A stretch of DNA of 64,000 nucleotides. Source: an uncultured Verrucomicrobiae bacterium (GTDB lineage: Bacteria > Verrucomicrobiota > Verrucomicrobiia > Chthoniobacterales > JAFAMB01). Position numbers and translations under genes: made by a program. The first letter of the stretch is position 1. Each line of letters begins with the position of its first letter. Shown in pieces: positions 1 through 9,595 of the stretch. The stretch is taken from NCBI GenBank assembly GCA_963813025.1, contig CAWEXO010000013.1, forward strand, positions 1-64,000. The letters are read 5' to 3'. The notes beneath the pieces are model-generated. The model was not told the origin of the DNA. It saw only the letters and a list, made by a program, of their open reading frames with translations, and ran no database searches.

Positions 1-226
1 CCCCTTGATTTTTAATGACTTATAGCGACTAAACCCCAGAAGACCGGCAGAATGATATCAAAATGATAACAGTCTCCCAGCTTCTCACGAATTCTCTACG
101 GAGCGCGCGTACTCGGAGGCTCGCAGATGAGCGGTTCATCTGTGAATTTTTCGGAACTGACGAGTTGACTGAACCGGGTCGTCGAGTGTGATTTGGCGAT
201 TTGATAGGGGCTTTTTACGTCGGATA

Positions 227-372
227 TTACCGCGATTGCGGTAAAAAGGTGGGCTTCGATTTTTCAACCGGAAACATATTATTTACCGCTATCGCGGTAA
301 GTATGCCTGTAATTCTCTATTTTGGCTCTCGTCCCCACGATAAACCAGCGTATATTACCGTCATCGCGGTAA
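227..372. promoter_or_regulatory. Three 18-bp palindromic operators (TTACCG-N6-CGGTAA) upstream of hipB-like gene
   Basis: ttaccgcgattgcggtaa 227-244, ttaccgctatcgcggtaa 283-300, ttaccgtcatcgcggtaa 355-372; the last abuts ATG at 374. Confidence 0.8.
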
Positions 373-373
373 T

Positions 374-584
374 ATGGACATAAGTGAAATTGCCGAAGCT
401 GTTAAATACCATCGCAAGCTTGCCGGGCTTTCCCAGGCTGAGCTCGCGCGTCTGGGTGAACGATCTTAAAAATTGCCTTCCAGCATGGAAGGAACTAATC
501 GATATCAGCTTTTTGAAAGAGGATTCTAAGGGGGCGTATGTCCGGGTTTTAGAAGAGAGGGCCGCCAGGTTGCAATTTGGTTGA
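374..584 (+). pseudogene. hipBA-like toxin-antitoxin remnant: 5' of XRE/HipB HTH joined to 3' end of HipA-like gene
   Basis: 374-469 reads MDISEIAEAVKYHRKLAGLSQAELARL (XRE helices 1-2) then stops; another frame gives WKELIDISFLKEDSKGAYVRVLEERAARL*, resembling HipA C-termini. Confidence 0.65.
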
Positions 585-661
585 TGGATTCGCGCCGGTC
601 TGTCCTCCAGGAGCAACCTTTAGGATGTATCTATGCGGCAAGCGCCATGCCATGCGCCTAA

Positions 662-831
662 CCCGGATATTTCATCATAGGGGCAAAAAGTAGCGACGTT
701 TTTACTGTAACCTGTTAGCATTGAATCGCTTACAAACAAAGCAGCAGGAAAACTTCGCTATGACAGAATGTAGACAGTTTGATTTTGAATTGCCAGGAGT
801 AAAAAGGAGAAAAATTGAGGGCAATTTCGAG
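662..831 (+). mobile_element. IS1380-family left end and transposase N-terminal fragment
   Basis: IR-like cccggatatttcat at 662; ATG 760 gives MTECRQFDFELPGVKRRKIEGNFE, typical IS1380 N-terminus. Confidence 0.6.
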
Positions 832-945
832 GCCGGTCGCCAAACGTCCTGACAAGCACCAGCGCAGAGAGCGCTGGCCGGAGGATCTGGCGGTTGAACA
901 AGAAGTCATCGAGCCCCTGGAAGTCAGAGAAAATCCGGAATTTCG
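832..945 (+). pseudogene. IS66-family TnpC internal fragment
   Basis: RRERWPEDLAVEQEVIEPLEVRENP resembles the segment before the TnpC zinc finger. Confidence 0.5.
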
Positions 946-1020
946 AGTTTTTACGCCTTACGGGCAAGTCGCTAAAAGTCGCACTGCCGAGGGCACTGGT
1001 CGAAGCAATGCCGGTCGGCG

Positions 1021-3888
1021 TTATGGATGGGTTGTATACCAGCTACCAACACCGGCAACATACGAGTCACCGTTGGTATCATCTGTAAACGTCGCAGCAA
1101 TCGAGGACTGGGTACTTGTCTCAACGATATACTCTCGCCCAGCACCCGCTCCCGTTGTTACATATGTCCACCCGGTTTCACCAGCGGTGCTGTTACCAAC
1201 CGGCCAGAAATAGCCAACCAACACTTCATTGGCGTTGGTTGTCGCCATAGTGCCGCTGGTGACAGTTGGGGTCGAGGTACCGCTTTGGCTCCTCTGTGTG
1301 TCGCGATGCCAAGTTCCTCCAGCAGAGTCGTGCAACTCGTACCCGGCTATCTCTATGTAACTAGCACCACTTAGAGTGACGGTAACCGATGTGCTTCCGG
1401 CGTTCGCGGAAAGTACGTCGTAGCAGAAAATAGTGGCATTAGAAGAATGCTGGGTAAAGCGAGCGTTGTAGGTATTGGAGTTGCCTGAAATCGATGAGAC
1501 GGTCGCAGTGGAACCAGCGCACCCAATGTAGAGAACAAGAGCATTCCCTGCCGTTACTGAACGGCCAAAGGAAAAGGTTAAGGAAGTACCCCAGGTAGCC
1601 TTATCTCCACTCTGGGTAACAGATAAACTCGGTGGAGGTGGAGGTGTCTGCGTCGTTGTATACCAGCCACCAACTCCGGCAAGATACGGGTCGCTGTTAG
1701 TATCATCTGTAAAGGTTGCAGCAATCGAGGACTGGGTAGTTGTCTCAACAATATACTCTCGCCCACCAGTCGATCCCGTTGTTACATATGTCCACCCGCT
1801 TTCACCAGCGGTGCTGTTACTAAACGGCCAGAAATAGCCAACCAACACTTCGCTGGCACTGGCTGTCGATACAGTGCCACTCGTTCCACTTGGGGTCGAG
1901 GTACCGAAATTTGAGTTACCTTTGTCGAAATGCCACATTCCTCCACCCGAATCGTGCAACTCGTACCCGGCTATCTCTACGTGACGAGCACCACTTAGGG
2001 TGACGGTAACCGATGTGCTCCCGGAGTTCGCGGACAGTACGTCGTAGCAGAAAATAGTCGCAGTGGAAGACCTCTTGGAAAAGCGAAAGTTATAGGTGTT
2101 GGAGTTGCCCGAGATGGATGAGACGGTCGCTGTTGAACCAGCACACCCGATGTAGAGAACCAGCGCATTCCCTGCCGTTACCGAGCTGCCAAAGGTAAAG
2201 GTTAAGGTATTAGTCCCGGCGTTACTGTCCCCACTCTGGACAACAGATAAACTCTGACTCTGATGAGGTGTCTGACCGAACACAGCGATGGAGTTGGCGG
2301 TCCCAACGAACACTTTTCCGTTGCAAACCGTAGGCAGGGCATACTTGACCGAACCCGCGCTCGAACTGGCGCTGCCATGGTAAAGTTCGTTCCCCAGATT
2401 CGTCGCATCGTAAGCGTGTAAAATCGGAGGCGCAGAACCGAGGTATTCACAGGCCCAGACAATGCCGTTACTGTTTCCGGAAGAAGAAACGCTGGGGCCG
2501 CCCTGGCAGATAAACACTTCGCTGCTCCGAGAAGAAGCGGGATTCAGCTTCGCATTTGAATTGAACTGAAACTGTTGCACTGGCCCATAGCCAAAATCCC
2601 CATTTCCTGCCCCGAAGTAAACGGAGCCGTTAAAATAGGCGGGCGAACCCCAGACCCCGCTGGGTAACACACCGGCCAGTTCCTGGTAAACATTGTTAGC
2701 CCCGGCATTAAATTGCCCGAGGCTATTCCGGCTTAGCACGTAGAGGTTACTATCTTTGCCGGCAGCGATCAGTAAATTGTGCACCAGGTTGCTGCTGTCG
2801 GTAATGTCCAGCAACATCGTTCCGCCCGAGGCCATATCCAGATCGTTAACTTCATCATTCGCGTAATTAAAAGGGGTGAAGTAATCCGTTACCGGCGTCA
2901 GGGTGGACGGCAGCTTGAGGACGGACTGGCCGAAGTCGCCCGTGATTAGAGTCGAGTCGAAGGGCCCGTTCCCGGTGGATAAAAACAGATTGCCGGATGA
3001 GTCCACCGCCGGTGCTGAACCAGACATCCAGATGCCCGCTCCGGAGCCGTTGGAGAGCTCAGCATTGGGGGCAATCGGTGTACCGTCGGGATTAGTGGTG
3101 ATCCAGTAGCGCGGGTTCAGTGTCGTCTGGTCATAAGCAATGACCCAGCCGGCACCCAGATGTTCGCAATAAATTAGTGCCCAGCAGGTGTAAATGACAC
3201 CGTTTGAGAGGACTAATCCGGCTCGATTTCTTTCATAGCGGGGATCAAAAACGACATTGCCCTTCCCATTCTGGAGCTGCGAGGGAAAGTGGCCTCCCGG
3301 GTCCGGGTAAGTCGCCTGGATAACAACAGGAGTCAGCCGGTCCTGGCCGGTGCCCAGATCGACGGCGTGTAACCGGGCAAAATAACTGCTGGAATTGGAA
3401 GTCATGCTGACCGCCACCACGTAAATCGTACCGTTTGGACCCGCGCTGCGATCGATTACCGGCGTGGCTGTGATCCCGATTTCCGGGGTAAGGTCATCGC
3501 AGTTTCGAGAGTCGGAGGGCACTTCACCACTGCCCAGCATCGACGATCGCCAGTAGAGCGTCCCCGAGTCGGCATCAAAAGCATAGAGACCGTCGTGTTC
3601 GGTCGCGACAATGAGCAAGTTGTGCGTCCCCTGGAGCTGTCCGCCGGAATAGACCTGCGCGCCGGATACGTAAAGAGGCTGGGCGTAAACCTGCCCATCG
3701 ACGGGAAGATTCCCGATGAGTCCAAAAGAACTGGGGTTGACGTTGGCCGGAGTTAGCGTTGTTTCGCTAGAATTCCACGAGGTGCGCGCATTGTTCCCCC
3801 GACCAGTGAGAATATCGATCGCAAGAGCGCTACAAAGCGGTGCGGCGCAGCCGAGGAAGAGGGCAAATAGAAATCGGAAACGTTTCAT
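1021..3888 (-). CDS. Secreted PQQ-like beta-propeller protein with two tandem ~200-aa Ser/Thr-rich C-terminal domains
   Basis: Signal peptide MKRFRFLFALFLGCAAPLCSALA; VDGQVYAQPLYV, LYAFDADSG..W, EIGITATPVID, DYFTPFN motifs; duplicated C-terminal unit. Confidence 0.85.
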   Translation of the reverse strand: MKRFRFLFALFLGCAAPLCSALAIDILTGRGNNARTSWNSSETTLTPANVNPSSFGLIGNLPVDGQVYAQPLYVSGAQVYSGGQLQGTHNLLIVATEHDGLYAFDADSGTLYWRSSMLGSGEVPSDSRNCDDLTPEIGITATPVIDRSAGPNGTIYVVAVSMTSNSSSYFARLHAVDLGTGQDRLTPVVIQATYPDPGGHFPSQLQNGKGNVVFDPRYERNRAGLVLSNGVIYTCWALIYCEHLGAGWVIAYDQTTLNPRYWITTNPDGTPIAPNAELSNGSGAGIWMSGSAPAVDSSGNLFLSTGNGPFDSTLITGDFGQSVLKLPSTLTPVTDYFTPFNYANDEVNDLDMASGGTMLLDITDSSNLVHNLLIAAGKDSNLYVLSRNSLGQFNAGANNVYQELAGVLPSGVWGSPAYFNGSVYFGAGNGDFGYGPVQQFQFNSNAKLNPASSRSSEVFICQGGPSVSSSGNSNGIVWACEYLGSAPPILHAYDATNLGNELYHGSASSSAGSVKYALPTVCNGKVFVGTANSIAVFGQTPHQSQSLSVVQSGDSNAGTNTLTFTFGSSVTAGNALVLYIGCAGSTATVSSISGNSNTYNFRFSKRSSTATIFCYDVLSANSGSTSVTVTLSGARHVEIAGYELHDSGGGMWHFDKGNSNFGTSTPSGTSGTVSTASASEVLVGYFWPFSNSTAGESGWTYVTTGSTGGREYIVETTTQSSIAATFTDDTNSDPYLAGVGGWYTTTQTPPPPPSLSVTQSGDKATWGTSLTFSFGRSVTAGNALVLYIGCAGSTATVSSISGNSNTYNARFTQHSSNATIFCYDVLSANAGSTSVTVTLSGASYIEIAGYELHDSAGGTWHRDTQRSQSGTSTPTVTSGTMATTNANEVLVGYFWPVGNSTAGETGWTYVTTGAGAGREYIVETSTQSSIAATFTDDTNGDSYVAGVGSWYTTHP
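1024..2253 (-). repeat. Intragenic tandem duplication, period 624 nt (208 aa), PPPPP linker
   Basis: SVTAGNALVLYIGCAGSTATVSSISGNSNTYN and GREYIVET.TQSSIAATFTDDTN each occur twice. Confidence 0.9.
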
Positions 3889-4319
3889 AAAAACGGCCGT
3901 TGGAAAGCTCGCAACTACGCGAGAAGCCAACGCATCAAAGCGGGTTGGACGTACATTTGCAAGGGATTCCGGTGTTATTATGTAACTGCCCATCTCTCTC
4001 GCCTGCAACGTCCATTTCGCCGGGGAAAAAGAGTCCGACGTATTTATCGGAAATTATTGAATAACCCTTAGCCAAAAGACTCTGGGCGACGAACCCTGTA
4101 TAGTATAATTGCGGCTCCGACCTGTGTTTCGGCGTTTAGCTTCGTGAGGATGCTTCGAAGATGTTTGTGGATCGTGCGAAAGCTTGGGCCTCTAATCACC
4201 ATACTTACTATAGCGGGACTCTATTTTGTCCGGAAAGTCGTGTGATGCTTTGCGGACTGCTTTGCATTACCATGGAGCTTCCCAAAAAAGGGGGCGTACT
4301 GGTTTCGCCTTTAGGTTCG

Positions 4320-4697
4320 ATAATCAGACGGCATGCCGAGGATGACTCGTTGGGCCTCGTTAAAAACCGGATAATTGGACACGTTCTGTTCAGCAAGCTT
4401 AAAGCGCCAATGAAAGCGCTTGGACTCGCACCGGTTGCGGCTCATCCTTCTTTTCAAAAACAAGGCGTCGGCTTAGCCCTTATTCGAGAAGGGCTTGACC
4501 AAGCAAAGGAAGATGGATGGATGTGCGTATTCGTGATCGGTGATCCCGCTTACTATCGACGTCTCGGATTTCGCGTCGAAGCCGCCAAAGGTTATAGCAG
4601 CCCTTATTCCGGGGGTAATTTTATGGCCGTGCCATTCGGTGATGTTCCCAAAATCGACGAAATTGTTTATCCGAAGCCTTTCAAACTCTTGGATTAG
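4320..4697 (+). pseudogene. GNAT N-acetyltransferase (YhbS-like), N-terminal region apparently deleted
   Basis: IIGHVLFS, LGLAPVAAHPSFQKQGVGLALI, VIGDPAYYRRLGF; IIRRHAEDD runs straight into the strand, the usual helical segment is missing. Confidence 0.6.
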
Positions 4698-5205
4698 CGA
4701 TCTGAGATGGAAAAGCGCAGTTGGACAGATTTACAATGCACAGCTTGAAATGTTTTCGTTTGACAGCTTTTCCTTATCTTTTGCTGTTAAACGGGTAGGT
4801 CACAAGAACTCACCGATACACAGATCCGTTTTTTGAGGGTTGGCGACACCCATAGCGGTCCGGTCACGCTAAAACAAGTCCCCGATATCCGAGCATTTCT
4901 CCTAGTATCCAGTGAAACCTTGACGGACGTTGAAAGCCGTATCTAAAGATTTTCGCATTGGTGAATAATTCTTGTCCGTCAATCGCCTAGAAATTTGCTG
5001 AACGCGGTTCGAACAACGCGTTCGCCGGAGACCCTCTTTGTGGCTTGACAGTCTATAACATTGCGAAGTTTGATAGCGCCCGATCGAAGATATCGGAGCC
5101 TTGACCATCAATGCCACAGCATATTGGATCTTTTGCTGTTTTTAGGGTGGTAAGACAATCGCGATAATTGTTGACCAATACGCGTACCGTCTTACATTTT
5201 TCATC

Positions 5206-5463
5206 GTGGGCACTATATCAACGAGCAACATTTCATCCAAAGGCCAAACCGTAATCCCGGCCGAAATTCGCAAGAGGCATGCGTTGACAGAACAGTCTCG
5301 GCTCGCATGGATCGACGATGGGAGCAGCATCCGGGTTGTTCCCCTGCCGGAAGGCCCACACAAATACGGGCGCGGCATAGCTAAAGGTATGAGGCTATCC
5401 CAGCGACTTCTGACGGAACGCGCCAAGGATAAGAAGCGTGAACAAGCTCGACGCCGTCCTTGA
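5206..5463 (+). CDS. AbrB/MazE/SpoVT-family antitoxin (VapB-like)
   Basis: ISSKGQTVIPAEIRKR motif; overlaps PIN gene; TTGACC (5171)...TACATT (5193) promoter suggests a leaderless start. Confidence 0.85.
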   Translation: MGTISTSNISSKGQTVIPAEIRKRHALTEQSRLAWIDDGSSIRVVPLPEGPHKYGRGIAKGMRLSQRLLTERAKDKKREQARRRP

Positions 5464-5875
5464 TACATCCGCGATCATTTGTCTGCTCGAGGATAAACCC
5501 GGCGCGGATCTGGTCGAGCAGAAGATCGCGGCCGCCGAAGCAGGCAATATCAAGCTTGGAGCAAGCTTCGTTAGTTTGACGGAGGCGTTCTACATCACGC
5601 ATCTAAGCCAGGGAAAGGCGCGGGCGGAGGAATTCGTCGCTGTCGTTAAATCGTGGCCCATGGAGCTAATCTATCCCGACGAGAGCCTTTGCCTCGCTGC
5701 CGGCGAGATAAAAGCAACTCAGTCTGTCTCGCTGGCTGACGCTTTCGTGGCGGCCACAGCCCAGCTAACTTCAGCGGTCCTGATCCACAAGGACCCGGAG
5801 TTTGAGCCGTTGAAAGGGTCGATTTCTTTGCAGGCGCTGCCGTACAAACCATCCACAAAAAGGACATCACGATAA
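5438..5875 (+). CDS. vapC: PIN-domain VapC toxin
   Basis: VLDTSAII, SLTEAFY, SLADAFVAATA, HKDPEF. Confidence 0.88.
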   Translation: MNKLDAVLDTSAIICLLEDKPGADLVEQKIAAAEAGNIKLGASFVSLTEAFYITHLSQGKARAEEFVAVVKSWPMELIYPDESLCLAAGEIKATQSVSLADAFVAATAQLTSAVLIHKDPEFEPLKGSISLQALPYKPSTKRTSR

Positions 5876-5984
5876 CCGACAGCGATCACATCGCTATCAA
5901 CTAAATTAACACAGGTTGGAGAGCTTCGTTATTGCGTTGAGATGTTGCGGGCAGCGGAGTTTCACGGCCGCTTCTCAAGATCAT

Positions 5985-6165
5985 TTCGTAACCCAGCCTG
6001 TCGGCAACGGGGCGTACTTCGAGTTGCGCACCGTAGGCGAGGATCGGGCAGGCCTGCGCGAGGCGCACTGCTTCTTCCGTGGAACTAACAGCAGGCTTGA
6101 AGTAAGCAGCGCTGGCCTCCTTGGATTCGGCGAATGCGCCGTCGCTACCCTCGATTCGGTCTCCG
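5985..6165 (-). pseudogene. YciI/DGPF-family fragment
   Basis: SDGAFAESKEA...EEAVRLAQACPIL..LEVRPV. Confidence 0.55.
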
Positions 6166-6431
6166 AGAGTGATCGGGATGATTGCTTCCTTGATCCATCT
6201 ATCGTTTTTCAAGCAGGAGGAGTCACGAACACTCAGCCGCTGTTGGTCAACATTATTGGCTCCTGGGCAAACCGCCCGGACGCCACGACGGAGATTCCCA
6301 CTTTGTTCCTGGCCTCGGCATTTTCGGCCCGCAACGCTCCGCGATTTTCCTTCTCGCAGTTGTATCCCGGCTGACGATCTACACGGTGAAGGTCTTGTGT
6401 CCTCACACAGTTTTGGTCCGTTGAGATCGGG

Positions 6432-6686
6432 TCAACGTAGGATCGGGAGCAATTCGGGAGCAACCAGCACTTCGATGCTGCGAGCGACTCCGGGCTTTCG
6501 TCGAATCAGTCCCGTTCGTTCGAGGGTGAGCACCATTTGATGAACCGAAGGCGGGCTCACGCCGAAGTGCCGCTGCAGGTCAGCTTCAGCGGGAGGCCGT
6601 CCGAGCACGTGCGTGTACGCATAGATGAAGGCCAAATACTGCCCTTGCTTGGGCGTAAAGTTTGGCACATTAGGCGGAGGCGACAT
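6432..6686 (-). CDS. Stand-alone LexA-type winged-helix DNA-binding protein
   Basis: FTPKQGQYLAFI...PPAEADLQRHFGVSPPSVHQMVLTLERTGLIRRKPGVARSIEV; no peptidase domain. Confidence 0.75.
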   Translation of the reverse strand: MSPPPNVPNFTPKQGQYLAFIYAYTHVLGRPPAEADLQRHFGVSPPSVHQMVLTLERTGLIRRKPGVARSIEVLVAPELLPILR

Positions 6687-6784
6687 CGTGGGTTTTTGGA
6701 TTGGTGGCCCTGAGCAGGCTCGCGGTAAGGGAATCCAGGACAGACTAAATGTTTTGCTGTGATTTTGAGAAATTATTTGCGCGG

Positions 6785-6875
6785 TATTTGTGGATTTTCG
6801 GCGCCGCTTACCGTTGACGTCTCGGAAACAGGCGAACCAATATTTGCTTCGCGGTTTGCGGGTCAGGCTAGTCGT
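6785..6875 (-). pseudogene. Tyrosine integrase N-terminal (arm-binding-like) remnant
   Basis: SLTRKPRSKYWFACFRDVNGKRRRKST, typical integrase N-terminus; ~120 bp from att-like site. Confidence 0.6.
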
Positions 6876-6995
6876 ACTGGTAACATTAGTGGTAACATCC
6901 ACGCAAATCCACCAACTTCCATGACAATCCGCTGATCCTGTATTTAAGCCATTCTCCGACGTGCGCGGAAGTCCATGGACGAGATTAGGAATTAC

Positions 6996-7020
6996 AGGGG
7001 TTCAACTCCCCTCGCCTCCA
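6996..7020 (+). other. 3' fragment of tmRNA/tRNA-Ala (T arm + acceptor strand), putative att site
   Basis: AGGGG-TTCAACT-CCCCT-CGCCTCC-A; no matching 5' half nearby. Confidence 0.7.
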
Positions 7021-7458
7021 AATTCTCTAGACATCGTTATCTCTTCTCGTCGAGGGAGTTACCTCCTCAGAAGCCCTCACGTTCCTTCGGAAAGCGTCAC
7101 ATTCCCGCAGTCCAAGACACACACAGAACACACTCCGAGAGCGTGGTAAGAATCAAAGTCCATGAGACGGTCCTTGATGAATATGGCTAACGGCGCTAGA
7201 GCACTGCACACCGAACCAAACGGAGAAGATAGCCGGCCGTAACAAGCCAGCTGAGGGATCGACGAGGCACCTTACGCAGAGAGGCCGTAAAAACCTTTTC
7301 CGCCTTTTCTCTCGTTTATTGGCTTTATCGTCGCAGGAAAAGATCCTGGTGAGGATCCGCCAGGAACAGCCGCTCGCGTTTCGAGGCGCGCCAATCTGGG
7401 ACGTGACGCCCAGCCAACCGACAAGATTTCTCAGACAGGGACCGGCTCGTTTTGGGAT

Positions 7459-7492
7459 TTGCCATTGCTACACATTAGCATGATAATGTGTA
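7459..7492 (+). promoter_or_regulatory. Sigma70-like promoter overlapped by 9-bp inverted repeat operator
   Basis: TTGCCA-17 nt-GATAAT; tacacatta(7469-7477)-gcatga-taatgtgta(7484-7492); ATG at 7494. Confidence 0.65.
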
Positions 7493-7493
7493 C

Positions 7494-7748
7494 ATGAAGA
7501 CCGAGAGGGTGACCGTACTGGCGACCCCAGATTTTAAGCGCTTTCTAAAAGCCGAAGCCAAAGCTGAAGGCGTCAGCGTTGGGGAGTTGATTCGTATTCG
7601 TTGTGGGCAACCAAGCGCGGAAGAGCGCCTGCTGCACGAGCTCGCCAAACAGCTGCGCCAGGAGGTAAAAGAAACCAAAGCGGCTATCAAGCGCACCAGC
7701 ACCAATATTGACCAGGCGCTGTCCGAGTTCGCCAAAGCTCGCCAATAA
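7494..7748 (+). CDS. Small ribbon-helix-helix (CopG-like) protein with C-terminal coiled coil
   Basis: MKTERVTVLATPDFKRFLKAEAKAEGVSVGELIR: beta-helix-G-helix pattern. Confidence 0.7.
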   Translation: MKTERVTVLATPDFKRFLKAEAKAEGVSVGELIRIRCGQPSAEERLLHELAKQLRQEVKETKAAIKRTSTNIDQALSEFAKARQ

Positions 7749-7767
7749 ACGATTGGGCGCCCAGCAA

Positions 7768-7956
7768 ATGAGCACGTTGAGCGAAGTGTTAAACGCGGTC
7801 CGTGAAGTCATGACGTTAACGCATCATGTGAAAGGACTTGCCGAAAAGGTTGACAAAATGGTCGCTGAATTGCGTGAGCAGGATCGGCGTATTACCCGGC
7901 TTGAAGCGCAATGGGATACAGCCATGAAACTTGGTGGGCGGCGGAGGCTCGAATGA
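7768..7956 (+). CDS. Small coiled-coil hypothetical protein, cotranscribed with RHH gene
   Basis: MSTLSEVLNAVREVMTL...LREQDRRITRLEAQ; 19 nt after upstream stop. Confidence 0.6.
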   Translation: MSTLSEVLNAVREVMTLTHHVKGLAEKVDKMVAELREQDRRITRLEAQWDTAMKLGGRRRLE

Positions 7957-9595
7957 ATAGCTTTACGCCAGCCTCCATCCCGCGTGGGTAATACCTCGTA
8001 AACGAGAAACGGTAGTGGCGGACCCCATGCCCGCTTATGCTTTCCGATCGACCTCTGACGGATGGTAGTCCACCGCGCGGTCGCCTGGCAATTAATTGTT
8101 AGATTCTGGGCCAGATCTGCTCTGCTGGGTAATGGATATTCTTTTCACACTGTCGCAAATTGTTAGCCCACGACCAATTAGCGGGCAAAATGCTCGGTTT
8201 TCGCTTCTGATCTTCATTATGGTAGCGAGGTTCCTGCGTTCACTTGCTATCACCTTCGCTCCGTATCCTTGGATTCATTCTTCCAGTCGATAATTACGTC
8301 GACGTCCTAAAGTGATGGTCGGGGTCTCGCTCCTCGAGCGAGACCACTTTACTCTCTGGCGCCTGTCAGTGAAGTCTGCGCCGATAGGCCATCGGGCGTT
8401 TCGATGCTGCAACTCTTCAATCAGCCGGATCGCTGGTCCTTTCTTATTGGATGTGCGAACCTTAATGGCGGCGATGAGTTCGGCAAGAATACCATCTTGT
8501 CCTGCGGCAGCACCCGCGGCGTACCACGGTCTGAGCGTCGCAAGGCTTGGGCCCCCTTTCCGCGAGTGCCCGATAGAGGGTCTGTTCGGATACGCCCATA
8601 CAGGCTTAACGCCCTCTGCATGATCATGCCACGGTCATGACTGCGGGAGGGCAACGTGCTCAGACGACGATGCAAATCGATCAACGTCTCCGCAACCAGC
8701 TCGATATTTAGGCATGTGAATTTTTTGTTCGCCGTTTGTCGAGCACCCCGGTAAACACCGTATAGGAACGCCGCGGTGGCGGAGAAGAATACAACGTGCT
8801 TTATCTATTCTGCAATTGTGTGGGCGATTTCGCGGCTTGTGAAAGACCCTTTTTTTAAGATCATGCCGAATGTTTTCGCAACAACGCCGTGGCCCGGCCC
8901 TCAACCGTCACCGGGGCCGATTACAATCAGCTGTCGACGGCCTTTTCCCAAAAAGAAAACAAGGTCCTGACCGGCGCGGAGTCCGGGAAAGACGCCGTCG
9001 TCCAGGTTGAAGACGTGGCTAAGAGCATCGTGCATTAATTAAAGGCCCGGCTCACGGACCCTTCGCACAGGAATGGATTTGCCGGATTTCCTGTGGCAGA
9101 GCCATGGGTGGAAAACACATTACTTGAGCGGAGATTTACGCACTATGTCGGGCTGCACTTAATCGAGACCGGCAAAGCTCAAGCAAATTCTCGTTTCCCG
9201 ACATCTTGAATAATTCCTCGCGTAAACAGCCCGCGCAATGATGACCCTTAAAGCGCGATGTTGCTCTTAAAAAAAAGAGGCGAGTGTCACAAGCTGAAGG
9301 CTCTGGCCGAAATGCTCTCTTGAGGCCAGCTTCCACCCGGCCGAACTCAAGAGTTCCAAAGCGAACTGCTGGCGAAATCTTCCTGTGTTAGGCTGGCGGC
9401 TCGCTTGAGCTGGTCGCGGAAAAACATTACCGTGGCGCACAGCGAACGCCGAGCCACGGAAAGATGGTTCCTTAGCGTATAAAATTACACGAATCTGCCT
9501 AGTACCCTCTAATGTCTTAATTAATCCAGGGAAGGAACTTCCCGGGTCCCTATCCTGTATCAGCGCGCTGGGAATGAGTTTGGAGGGTCATAGCA

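Noticed and set aside
227..372. Three spaced palindromes as a mini-CRISPR
   Set aside because: Only 18 bp, unequal gaps (38 and 54 nt), no cas genes; position fits operators
1024..2253. Diversity-generating retroelement TR/VR pair
   Set aside because: Both copies are in-frame coding domains, differences are not adenine-specific, and no reverse transcriptase is present
6432..6902. 156-aa integrase-LexA fusion
   Set aside because: Chance read-through of an integrase remnant into a separate small gene
6996..7020. Complete tRNA gene
   Set aside because: No 5' acceptor strand, D arm or anticodon arm upstream
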